Assembly: GCA_963810935.1 (NCBI GenBank)
Contig: CAWEPK010000008.1
Coordinates: 576,001-640,000 of the forward strand
Length of the DNA: 64,000 nt
Direction of reading: 5' to 3'
Source: an uncultured delta proteobacterium
GTDB lineage: Bacteria; Desulfobacterota; Syntrophorhabdia; Syntrophorhabdales; WCHB1-27
The notes beneath the pieces were generated by a model. That model ran no database searches. It was not told the DNA's origin and saw nothing but the letters and a program-made list of their open reading frames with translations. Position numbers and translations under genes: made by a program. Below are positions 19,333-28,916 of this stretch, piece after piece. Positions within the stretch are counted from its first letter, which is position 1; each line of letters starts with the position of its first letter.

Positions 19333-19392
19333 CCTTCAATCCTGCCCGTCAAAAATCGATCCGGCCGCTAAAAGCGCTTGTGCGGACGTCGG

Positions 19393-20697
19393 TCATATCT
19401 CGTCGTGGTCGATCAACTGGATCGCGACCTTTTCTCCGGCCCTTATCTTCGTGCTGCTTTCCGGGATCACTATCAGGCAGTTCGCCTTGCTCATCGAGCG
19501 AAGCTCGGACGATTTCTGGTTCCCCGTCGTCGAGACGTAGAACTCGTCGTTCCTTATGGTGAAGCGGCCCCGGAGAAGGTTGACCGCGCCGGAGCGCTTG
19601 CTCACGTCTTCTTCCAGGAACGCACTGACTACCGGCTTGTTTAACTTTTTAGCGCCCATCAGCTTGAGCAGGGCGGGCCTTACGAACTCGATGAACGACG
19701 TAAGGGTCGGGACCGGGTAGCCAGGCAGGCCGAAAACAAGCTTGCTGCCCTTTTTCCCGAAGGTGCATGGTTTGCCCGGCTTGACGTTGATCCATTCGAA
19801 AAGTATCTCGATGCCCAGCTCGGAATAGACCTCTTTGATAAAATCATACTTCCCCATCGATACCCCGCCCGTCGATATCACAACATCGGCTTCGAGGGCT
19901 TCGAGGAGCTTCACCTTCGTCTTCTCCTTCGTATCCTTGGCTATGCCGAGGTAATGAGGGATGGCGTTGTACTTACGCACCTCCGAGTAAAGCATGTAAG
20001 CGTTGACGTTCCTGATTTGGCCGATCCCTATCTTCTCGCCCACCTCGGCCAGCTCGTCTCCGGTGGAAATGATCGAGACGTCCGGCCGCTTGTATACCCT
20101 GACGGTGTCATAGCCCAGCGACGCAAGGATGCCCACGTCAGCGGACCTGAGCCGGTCTCCCTTCTGGAGCACCTTATCGCCTTTCTTTATATTCTCTCCA
20201 GCGCGCTTGCAGTTACTGTCCTCGACCGCTTCGCTGAAGATGCTTACGTAACCTTCTTTTTCTTTCGTATTCTCGAAGGGGACAACGGAATCGGCCCCCT
20301 GCGGTATCGGGGCGCCGGTCATGATCCTTACGGCGCCGCCGCTTTCCACTTTTATTCCGGCGGCTGAAGCCCCGGCCCGCAACTCCCCGGTGACCTTAAG
20401 CCTCACGGGTTTGCTCTTCGACGCGCCGCGCGTCCCGGCAGCGATCAGTGCGTAGCCGTCCATCGCCGAATCGTCGAAGGGCGGTATCATGATATCGGAT
20501 ACGATGTCTTCGCGGAGGATGCGGTTGAACGACTCCACGACGGGGATCGTCTCGCCGCCGAGGGGTTTCACGGCATTCAGGATAATCCGCTGCGCTTCCG
20601 CAACGGAGACAGCCGCACTCCCGTTTTCACCGTGACGCGTTTTGCGCGAGCGGAAGATACCCGTTTCGCGCACGCTTGCTTTATGTTGTGACTGCAC
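19393..20697 (-). CDS. moeA: molybdo/tungstopterin metal insertase MoeA
   Basis: PPFDDSAMDGYA, IMTGAPIP, STGDEL, TGGVSMGKYD, KPGKP, GLPG motifs. Confidence 0.95.
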   Translation of the reverse strand: MQSQHKASVRETGIFRSRKTRHGENGSAAVSVAEAQRIILNAVKPLGGETIPVVESFNRILREDIVSDIMIPPFDDSAMDGYALIAAGTRGASKSKPVRLKVTGELRAGASAAGIKVESGGAVRIMTGAPIPQGADSVVPFENTKEKEGYVSIFSEAVEDSNCKRAGENIKKGDKVLQKGDRLRSADVGILASLGYDTVRVYKRPDVSIISTGDELAEVGEKIGIGQIRNVNAYMLYSEVRKYNAIPHYLGIAKDTKEKTKVKLLEALEADVVISTGGVSMGKYDFIKEVYSELGIEILFEWINVKPGKPCTFGKKGSKLVFGLPGYPVPTLTSFIEFVRPALLKLMGAKKLNKPVVSAFLEEDVSKRSGAVNLLRGRFTIRNDEFYVSTTGNQKSSELRSMSKANCLIVIPESSTKIRAGEKVAIQLIDHDEI

Positions 20698-20706
20698 GTG
20701 CCTGCC

Positions 20707-21252
20707 CTAATTCTCTCCCTTGGCCGCAATACGCGAGACGGTATCGACGACCGTCTGCAAACCGTATTTATCGACCATGGAGCCCAGGCCCGCCTCGACC
20801 TGCTCTATCTCCACCTGCTCGTCAATTTCCTCTTCACGCTCTTCGTAAGTGAGGACGTTGCTAAGGCAGACCTGTACGCACATCGGCTTTTCCAGCGGCG
20901 GGTCGCTCTCGCACAGATCGCACTTGAGCGGCAGGCCGGAGTCCGGCTCCTTAAAAAGGTCCCTGGAAGGACATGAGGCCCTGCAGAAGCCGCATTCGTC
21001 ATATTCTTTGCCGTCGATAATATACTTGTCCCTGCCCATGCACTCGGCAGGCGTATATTCGCCGGCAAAGACGGGCAGCCATATATTCTTCACCCTGTGG
21101 GTGATGATCTGGATGCGCGACCGCGCAGGGTTGTTGCTGCTGTACTGCGGGTTCGCGTGGAATGCGGAGCAGACGATCTCACACCCGCGGCAGCCGTTGC
21201 ACTTGTCGGCATCGACCTTGATTGTCTTGACGATTTTCTTAATCTTTGCCAT
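20707..21252 (-). CDS. bamC: class II benzoyl-CoA reductase Fe-S subunit BamC
   Basis: DADKCNGCRGCEIVCSAFHA..SSNNPARSR, GKEYDECGFCRASCPSRDLFKEPDSGLPLKCDLC closely match my recollection of Geobacter BamC; overlaps the end of bamB. Confidence 0.85.
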   Translation of the reverse strand: MAKIKKIVKTIKVDADKCNGCRGCEIVCSAFHANPQYSSNNPARSRIQIITHRVKNIWLPVFAGEYTPAECMGRDKYIIDGKEYDECGFCRASCPSRDLFKEPDSGLPLKCDLCESDPPLEKPMCVQVCLSNVLTYEEREEEIDEQVEIEQVEAGLGSMVDKYGLQTVVDTVSRIAAKGEN

Positions 21253-23208
21253 TGTTCAATATCCCTCTCTTTTCTAGGTCTTCAGCGACATAAGTCAAGT
21301 CGAGCTCCTCCAGCCTTTCCCTGGTGGGAACGCCGTCCATATTCCAGCCCTTGTACGTATAGTACGTGGACAGGAGATCTTCCTCGAGCTCCGGGACCCT
21401 CTTCTTCCAGTGGTCCTTCGGCGGTTTCTCGTCGGCCCTTCTCATGCCCCGCCTGTTGTTGAACGCCCTGTGGAGGTTCCGGCTCCTGTTGACTATCTTC
21501 TTGAGCCCCGCTTCGTCTACGTCCATCCCGGTAGCCGCAGATATCAGCTTCGGGTAGTTGTGGATATGATACGGGGGCTTGAGACAGAACGACGACATGC
21601 CCGCGCAGACGCAGCAGGCGTCGTCGATGTTATGCAGCATCTCCATCCAGTCCACGATCTCGGCGCACATGTTCGGCGTCGGGAAGTTAGGTATCGCTTT
21701 CTCCCCGCGGATATCCCAGTCGAGGAGGTACTGCTTGAAATGCTCGTCGGGAAGCTGCGGCCAGTCTTTAACGAAGGCTTCCCTCTGCTCCATCGTCGGG
21801 AAGGCAGATTGCGGCCACTGTCCCTCGATCTGCGTGATGCTGATCTTCTCGTTCGTCGAGTACATAAGAAAATAAAGGGGATCGAGCATGCCCAGCTTGA
21901 GTGGCAACTGCTCGTGCCGCTTGATGGTGTTGTGGTCGAATTCCTCAGCCCCGTTGCCGATGGCCCGCGCGGCGTAATAAACGCCGTCCGCGAGGACGTC
22001 CCCGATCCCTTCCCTGCGGGCGATCCTGTCGAGGAGCCAGAAGAACCTCCCCTCCTTGTCGGCGGGACATCCATCGAAGTCCTTGTCGGTGAGGATGCCG
22101 GCATCGTACAGCTCGACGGCGAAGGCCATGATCTGCGGAGTGGAGAAAGAGTCGAACCCGTACTCCGTGGCTTTTTGCAGGATCCTGAAGTTGAAGCCCA
22201 GGTCGTCTACCATTGCCCCCATGCAGTATGTGAGCTTGCCGAAGCATTTCATCATGTAATAGGGGGATTCCTGGTAGGAGACAAGGGCCCCGCAGTGCTG
22301 CGGGCAGTTGAAACAGCTTATCAGCCGCTTTACCGCCTCGTGCTGCGCCGCGATCCAGTTCGTCTCGTTTTCCTTACTCCAGAAGTCTCTTCTTCTGGTG
22401 CGGGCATTACCCCACATAAAGTTTTCCGTATGCCACTTTTCATCGGTGTGGACCATCTCCTGGGGCGACCCGATGCCCGAGAGGATCGTCATGACGTCCG
22501 GGATAGGGTTCGCGTTCCGGTAATTTATATATTCCGTCACGCCCTTCATGAGCTCCATGAATTCTGCGCCCCTGGCGAGGTTGACGTCCTTCGTCCCCCG
22601 GACGGCCACGGCCTTGACCTTCTTGTCCCCCAGGACTGCACCGCCGCCGAGCCTCGATGCGCTAGACCGGGACTGCTCGATGGAGGCCGTGAAGCACCTG
22701 TTCTCGCCGGCCAGGCCGATAGCGGCCACCTGTATCCTGTGGTCACCCAATTCTGCCCTGATAAGGTCCTGCGTCTCGACGGCGCCCCTGCCCTTCAGGT
22801 GCGTGGCGTCGCGGAGCTCCACCTTGTCGTTGTTTATCCATATGTAGACCCAGTCCGGCGATTTGTTGCGCAGGACGACTTTATCCCAGCCTGCATATTT
22901 CAGCTCGGCCGAGAAAAACCGCCCATCATCGGATAGGCCAGCAGGTGCGATTGCGGGGAAACAAAGGTGACGACCGTCCGGTTCGCGCTGAAAGCAGGTG
23001 TCGCGTTGAACAAGCCGGAGTCGATTATCAGCATATTATCGTCGTCGAACGGACCGACTTCAGGCCCGACCCTGTCCCAGTGCATCTTGACGCTCGTGCC
23101 CAGCCCCCCAAGGTGGGTTTCCATCATCTTCGGGTCCGTTTCCACCCGCTCGATGTTCCCCGACGCCAGGTCGATTTCCAAGTTGTAGCCCGTTTCGGCG
23201 TATCTCAT
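21239..23208 (-). pseudogene. bamB: tungsten class II benzoyl-CoA reductase catalytic subunit BamB (AOR family); one base missing in A5 run 22914-22918 (possibly a sequencing error)
   Basis: MRYAETGY start, GSPQEM..DEKWHTENF, ISCFNCPQHC, YMMKCF, ITQIEGQ, KPPYHIHNYP match recalled BamB; adding one base gives MMGGFFSAELKYAG and a 656 aa frame. Confidence 0.87.
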
Positions 23209-23269
23209 CTCTTACCCCTTTCGGATGCTCTGTCTGGATTGCTTGTGAATTATCTCTCAAATAAGGTTA

Positions 23270-23298
23270 TTTATATCAAACAGACCCCCCTCTGTCAA
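23270..23298 (-). promoter_or_regulatory. sigma70-type promoter of bamBC-moeA
   Basis: Minus strand TTGACA, 17 nt spacer, TATAAA with extended -10 TG. Confidence 0.7.
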
Positions 23299-23683
23299 TA
23301 CAAATAGTAACCTGAAATCCGTAATTATTACAAGAACGGACAAATAGCATAAAACGGTGGGCGGAAGCGGGAATTTACCGGAGCACTATTGCTCCCTTGT
23401 GAAAGTGTTCAGCCCTTCAAATTATCTGTTATTCCAGGCCCAGTATCTTCCATTCTGCGGCACAGTCCCGGACCGGTTTTACTCCTCTGGTGCGAACCTC
23501 GGCTTATTCGTCAAAATATCATGCGTTTTGTACGTTTTTTATGCGCTTTTATGTTGCGCTTCTCGCTTCTTAGGTCTAATATGTAGCGCTATACGGGTAG
23601 CAACGAGAGATGTAAGGGGAAGATCATTGGTTGTCAGACTTTGGTTGATATATGCGACGGCTGAATTCGCGCTGAGGTGAGAG

Positions 23684-24286
23684 ATGAAAGTCCTCGTATG
23701 CCTGAGCAGCAATATCCTTTCTGAAGGGATTCGCAATCTTTTGGTCAAGAACGGCCACAAGAGCGCCGTGGCAGGCCACAATGGGTCCGTGCCGGCAGAC
23801 TTTGCTCCGGACGTTATACTGGTCGATATCGCCAGCGCCGGCAACAGCTTTCTTACGAGCCACCCCGGCTCAAAGGTCCTGCTCGTCGATACGGGCGTCG
23901 ATAAAGAGAAGATTGTAAATACCCTGTTCCTTTACCGGCTCCACGGAGTCATCTCGTTAGAGACGGAGCTTCCCCTCTTCGAAAAGGCCTTACAGGTCGT
24001 CTCCGCCGGCCAGATCTGGGTTGATAACAATACCCTCAAAGCCTTCCTGCGGGAAGGCGCCCCGCCGCAGGCCGCCCAGAGAGGGACAGGCGTCACGGAA
24101 AGGGAGAGGGAGATCATAGAGCTGGTCTGCCGCGGGTGGAGCAACAGGGAGATAGCAGGCCATCTTACACTTAGCGAACACACCATAAAAGCCCACCTTA
24201 ACCGGATATTCAGAAAATGCAATGCTTCCAGCCGCTCGAAGCTCATCACGATGATGATGCGGCAGGAACGCGAAACTACTCTCTGA
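23684..24286 (+). CDS. LuxR/NarL family regulator with degenerate receiver domain
   Basis: PDVILVD; C-terminal TEREREIIELVCRGWSNREIA..LSEHTIKAHL HTH. Confidence 0.9.
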   Translation: MKVLVCLSSNILSEGIRNLLVKNGHKSAVAGHNGSVPADFAPDVILVDIASAGNSFLTSHPGSKVLLVDTGVDKEKIVNTLFLYRLHGVISLETELPLFEKALQVVSAGQIWVDNNTLKAFLREGAPPQAAQRGTGVTEREREIIELVCRGWSNREIAGHLTLSEHTIKAHLNRIFRKCNASSRSKLITMMMRQERETTL

Positions 24287-24368
24287 TCGGACAATCCTTC
24301 ACCGGCAGCCTGGATAATTTTAGCCACCCCTGACACATAGGCAGTATAATAGTGTTAGGAGGTCAACC

Positions 24369-25493
24369 ATGATTATCGGCATCCCCAAAGAGATCAAGGT
24401 CGAGGAGAAACGCATAGCCATAGTGCCCGGCGGGGCGGAGGCCCTGGCTGCGGAAGGCCATAAAGTGCTCGTGGAGACCGGCGCCGGCCTGGGCAGCGGC
24501 TTCGATGACGCTGAATACGTACGGGCCGGGGCCGAGATCGTGTCCGATGGAAAGGCGGCTTATGCCCGCTCGGACATGGTGCTCAAGGTCAAGGAGCCGC
24601 TTCCGGTAGAATGGCACCTGCTTAAGGAAGGCCAGGTCCTGTTTACTTATCTCCATCTGGCCGCCTCCGAGGCGCTCACGCTTGCCCTGCTGAAGAAGAA
24701 GGTCGTCGCCATAGCGTACGAGACCGTAGAGACCGAGGAAGGTTTTCTTCCCCTTTTATGGCCCATGAGCGAGATCGCCGGCCGGATGGCGCCGCAGGAA
24801 GGCGCGAAGTACCTGGAAGAGACCTACGGCGGGCGGGGGGTCCTTCTGGGCGGAGTGCCCGGTGTCCCCCCGGCCAATGTGGTGATACTGGGCGGAGGGA
24901 GCGTGGGGTCAAACGCGGCCCGCGTGGCGGTCGGCATGGGCGCCTGCGTGACGGTGCTCGACACGTCGGCGAAGAGGCTCCGCGAGATCGACGAAATGTA
25001 TAGGGGCCGGATAGTAACAATGATAGCCGACAGCTATAACGTGAGAACGGTCCTCTCCTTCGCCGACCTCGTTATCGGGGCGGTGCTCGTTCCCGGCGCA
25101 AAGGCGCCGCGCCTCATCACACGGGCCATGCTAAAGACCATGAGGCCCGGCGCCGTACTTGTCGACGTAGCGATCGACCAGGGGGGCTGCGCGGAGACGT
25201 CGAAGCCTACTACCCATGACGACCCGGTTTACGTCGAGGAAGGGATAGTCCATTATACGGTGGCCAACATGCCGGGCGCTGTGCCCAGGACTGCGACAAG
25301 GGCCCTCACCCTCAACACGCTGCCCTACGTCATCGCGATAGCCAAATATGGCTGGAAAGAGGCAAGCCGCAAGGACCCGGCGCTCAGGCGGGGCGTCAAT
25401 ATGGTTGAAGGGAATATCACCTATAAAGCGGTGGCTGAGGCGTTTAACCTGCCGCACTGCCCGGTGGACGAGCTATTGGGGCAAGATAGCTAA
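24369..25493 (+). CDS. ald: alanine dehydrogenase
   Basis: [48 protein letters not shown]. Confidence 0.96.
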   Translation: MIIGIPKEIKVEEKRIAIVPGGAEALAAEGHKVLVETGAGLGSGFDDAEYVRAGAEIVSDGKAAYARSDMVLKVKEPLPVEWHLLKEGQVLFTYLHLAASEALTLALLKKKVVAIAYETVETEEGFLPLLWPMSEIAGRMAPQEGAKYLEETYGGRGVLLGGVPGVPPANVVILGGGSVGSNAARVAVGMGACVTVLDTSAKRLREIDEMYRGRIVTMIADSYNVRTVLSFADLVIGAVLVPGAKAPRLITRAMLKTMRPGAVLVDVAIDQGGCAETSKPTTHDDPVYVEEGIVHYTVANMPGAVPRTATRALTLNTLPYVIAIAKYGWKEASRKDPALRRGVNMVEGNITYKAVAEAFNLPHCPVDELLGQDS

Positions 25494-25510
25494 GGCAAAA
25501 CTAAAAACAA

Positions 25511-25602
25511 TGACGCGCTCCACGGCGGCCGGGGTGTTTCCTGCGCCGAACGCGACGACAAAACTAAGCGCGAAAAACACCCGGACACCGCGGAGCGCGT
25601 CA
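25511..25602. repeat. 92 bp element with ~35 bp imperfect terminal inverted repeats
   Basis: TGACGCGCTCCACGGCGGCCGGGGTGTTTCCTGCGC ... GCGCGAAAAACACCCGGACACCGCGGAGCGCGTCA, between convergent ald and rpoD. Confidence 0.7.
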
Positions 25603-25603
25603 A

Positions 25604-27187
25604 CTATACGTCAGCGAAGCATTTCAGGCGCTTGGCCCTGGACGGGTGGCGCAGCTTGCGCAACGCCTTCGCCTCAATCTGCCTTATCCTCTCCCTCGTC
25701 ACCTCAAATACCTGGCCGACCTCTTCGAGGGTATGATCGCATTTCTCGCCGATGCCGAACCTCATCCTTATTACCCTCTCCTCTTTAGGGGTCAAGGTTG
25801 ATAATATCCTGTCGAGCTGCCGGATGAGGTCGTGGAATATGACCGAATCCTGCGGCACAGTGGCGTTCTTGTCCTCTATAAGATCGGAAAGGTGGGTATC
25901 TTCGTCGTCGCTGACCGGCGTCTCCAGCGAGATCGGCTCCTTGGTGATGCGGAGTATCTTTCTTATCTTATCGACCGAGAATCCGATCTTCTCCGCTATC
26001 TCGTCGGGCAGGGGCTCCCTTCCGAGGTCCTGGACCAACTCGCGTGACACCCTGACGATCTTATTTATCGTCTCGATCATGTGGACCGGGATCCTTATGG
26101 TACGCGCCTGGTCTGCAATCGCCCGCGTGATTGCCTGCCTGATCCACCAGGTGGCGTAGGTGCTGAACTTGTAGCCCCGGCGGTACTCGAACTTCTCCAC
26201 AGCCTTCATGAGGCCGATATTGCCCTCCTGCACCAAGTCCAGGAGGGAAAGGCCCCGGTTGATATATTTCTTTGCTATGCTGACCACAAGCCTGAGATTG
26301 GCCTTGATAAGCTCGTTCTTTGCTTCCAGGCCGTCATTGTCCGCCTTGCAAATGCGGCGGTAGAGCTCTTTCATGACGGGGGCAGGCACACCCGTCTCCT
26401 CCTCGATGCCGGCGATTTTTTCGCGAAGGTCCTTCAATCTCCTGGCCGCGCCGTTCCTGGCCGGCTGCGACTGCCGCCCTATCTCCATCTCGATCTTCTC
26501 GATCCGCTCCACGGCGTGTTCCATTCTGTTCTTTATCCGGTCTACTATCTTCCGGCTCAAGGCTATATCACCGGAGATCTGCCGCATCTCCGCCTGGCAG
26601 CGCGCCTTTTCTCTCTTGTCCTCCGTCTTCATCGACCTCAGGTATACCTGGCTCAGCGCCTCCAGCAGGTGGACGATCTTTTCCTTTTGTGCGTCCTCTT
26701 CGCCCATCTCCTCGCCCTCTTCCGTCTCAGGGGCAATCTCGGAGAGGCTCAATTCGGACATCTTGAGGCTCGAATAAAGGTCGAGGAGTTCCTTGATCGT
26801 CCCCGGATAAGAAAGAAGGACCTCCCTGACTTCCTCTTTTGCCTCCTCGATGCGCATGGCAATCTCTTTCTCGCCGTCCCTGGTGAGGAGGCCCACGCCG
26901 CCCATTTCCTTGATGTAATGCTTGATGGGGTTTGACAGCTCTTCGTCGTAAGGGGCCTCGAATCCGTCCTCGAAGCCTTCCGCGTATTTATCGCCCGGCA
27001 GTAATTCCCCCTCACCCTTATCGATGTCGAAGAGGTCGATGTCATCGAAAAACGCCGCCTGTTCCTCGCCTGCCGGGGCGAGCATCAGGTAAAAATCACC
27101 CGTTTCCTGGCCTTCGTCGTATGGAAGAAAACGCTTGGTCCCGCCGAACTCGAACGCCTTGATGCTGCTTCCCATATCCTCGGACAT
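25604..27187 (-). CDS. rpoD: RNA polymerase primary sigma factor
   Basis: [66 protein letters not shown]; downstream of dnaG. Confidence 0.96.
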   Translation of the reverse strand: MSEDMGSSIKAFEFGGTKRFLPYDEGQETGDFYLMLAPAGEEQAAFFDDIDLFDIDKGEGELLPGDKYAEGFEDGFEAPYDEELSNPIKHYIKEMGGVGLLTRDGEKEIAMRIEEAKEEVREVLLSYPGTIKELLDLYSSLKMSELSLSEIAPETEEGEEMGEEDAQKEKIVHLLEALSQVYLRSMKTEDKREKARCQAEMRQISGDIALSRKIVDRIKNRMEHAVERIEKIEMEIGRQSQPARNGAARRLKDLREKIAGIEEETGVPAPVMKELYRRICKADNDGLEAKNELIKANLRLVVSIAKKYINRGLSLLDLVQEGNIGLMKAVEKFEYRRGYKFSTYATWWIRQAITRAIADQARTIRIPVHMIETINKIVRVSRELVQDLGREPLPDEIAEKIGFSVDKIRKILRITKEPISLETPVSDDEDTHLSDLIEDKNATVPQDSVIFHDLIRQLDRILSTLTPKEERVIRMRFGIGEKCDHTLEEVGQVFEVTRERIRQIEAKALRKLRHPSRAKRLKCFADV

Positions 27188-27194
27188 AGTAACC

Positions 27195-28916
27195 TCACTT
27201 GGCGGATTTATTCTTCAAGGCCGTAAGCACGTTCCTCTTCTTTTCGAGCAACTCCCGTAAAGCCCCTTCGTCACCTCTTTTTTCCGCATCTGCCAGCATT
27301 GCGGTAATACCCATGTGCTCTTCTCTGGTGATCCTGTTCTCTACGTAGGAGAGGTAATCGGACACGGTCCTCTCCACTTCCAGCTCGTCATATTCAGCCA
27401 CGTCCATGGCCGAGCGGACCGCCTTTTCCCTTAGCTCCGGCTTCTCCAGAACGTTCAGAAAAAGACTGATATCCAGACTCGCATGCTGCTCGTAATAGCT
27501 GGTCAGGCTGGACAACACTTCCCCGAGGTCTTTATCCTTTATCTGCGCTTCCACCCCCTTTCCTTTAATAATTTTAAGGAGTTCCGGCCTATTCAATAGA
27601 ATGCCTACGACCTTCTCCTCTATAACGTTCCTCGTCTGTGCACCGTTGTCGCCTTCGATCTCTTTGCGGGCGTCAGTCAGGTTGTCCCAGAAGCGGTATT
27701 CCTCCACGCCTGTCATCTCGGAAAGCCGCTGGACGTAGAGACTCTTTTTCACCGTGTCCCTCATACCTTCCAGGTAAGGGACGACCGATTTTATGAAGGC
27801 CAACCGGCCCTCCAGGGTGCCGACATCGAATTTTTTGGCATGGAGGTCGAAGAGATAATCAAGGACGCCTTTCTTGCCCTCCATGGCCTTCAGGAACCCG
27901 CTCAGACCGTGGGCGCGCACGAAGCTGTCCGGGTCATGCGCCTCGGGCAGGACGACCATGTTCCCGTTGATCCCCATCTCGGCAAGCGGCGTGATGAGGC
28001 GCAGGGCGCTCTTTATGCCGGCCTCGTCGCCGTCGAGCATCAGGGTGATGTTCTCGGTGTAATTCCGGAGGCGCGTCAACTGCTCCTCCGTGATGGAGGT
28101 CCCGAGCGTCGCCACCGCGTTTTTCGCTCCGGCCGCGTGGAGCGTGATAAGGTCGAAATACCCCTCGACGATAATCGCCTCGTCCTTGTCGATTATCTCC
28201 CTTCTGGCCGCGTCGAGGCCGTAAAGTATCGACCGCTTGGTGAAGATGGCCGACTCCGGCGAGTTGATATATTTCGGCAGGACGTCCTTGCCCATGGCGC
28301 GCCCCCCGAAACCAACCACTTTGCCCCTGGCGTCCCGAATAGGGATGATTAGCCTGCCGCGGAATATGTCGTACAGCTCGCCCGTGTCCCGCGTCTTCAT
28401 TATGCCGGAATTGATGAGAAGGTCGAGGGGCGCCCCGAGACGCGCCGCAAGCTCTTTGCCCTTGTAGCTCCTCCGCTCGCTGTACCCGAGCTTGAATTCG
28501 TCCACCACGGGGCCCGCGATCTTCCTGTCGGACAAATACCTCATCGCGGACGGATCCCGTTTCAGGCAGTTGTGATAGTGGTCGGCCAGCTTCGCGAGGG
28601 CATCGAATACGGGGGTCCGGGCGGAGGCTATCCTGCCTCTGGACTCCACCCCCACTTGCTGGGCGAGGGTCTCCAGCGCCTCCTGGAATGACGTTCTTTC
28701 GTATTTGGCGATGAAATTGACGGCGTTGCCGCCTTCGTGGCATCCGAAGCAATAATATATTTGCTTCTCGATACTTACGCTGAATGACGGAGTTTTCTCT
28801 TTATGGAACGGGCAAAGTCCTATGAAATTCCTCCCGCTTTTCCTTAACTTTACGTACCGGGAGACAACATCGAGGATGTTGACCCTTCCCAGCACTTCAT
28901 CAAGAACGGAGCTCAT
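27195..28916 (-). CDS. dnaG: DNA primase
   Basis: [11 protein letters not shown] zinc finger, KYINSPE, VEGYFD, DGDEAG TOPRIM. Confidence 0.97.
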   Translation of the reverse strand: MSSVLDEVLGRVNILDVVSRYVKLRKSGRNFIGLCPFHKEKTPSFSVSIEKQIYYCFGCHEGGNAVNFIAKYERTSFQEALETLAQQVGVESRGRIASARTPVFDALAKLADHYHNCLKRDPSAMRYLSDRKIAGPVVDEFKLGYSERRSYKGKELAARLGAPLDLLINSGIMKTRDTGELYDIFRGRLIIPIRDARGKVVGFGGRAMGKDVLPKYINSPESAIFTKRSILYGLDAARREIIDKDEAIIVEGYFDLITLHAAGAKNAVATLGTSITEEQLTRLRNYTENITLMLDGDEAGIKSALRLITPLAEMGINGNMVVLPEAHDPDSFVRAHGLSGFLKAMEGKKGVLDYLFDLHAKKFDVGTLEGRLAFIKSVVPYLEGMRDTVKKSLYVQRLSEMTGVEEYRFWDNLTDARKEIEGDNGAQTRNVIEEKVVGILLNRPELLKIIKGKGVEAQIKDKDLGEVLSSLTSYYEQHASLDISLFLNVLEKPELREKAVRSAMDVAEYDELEVERTVSDYLSYVENRITREEHMGITAMLADAEKRGDEGALRELLEKKRNVLTALKNKSAK

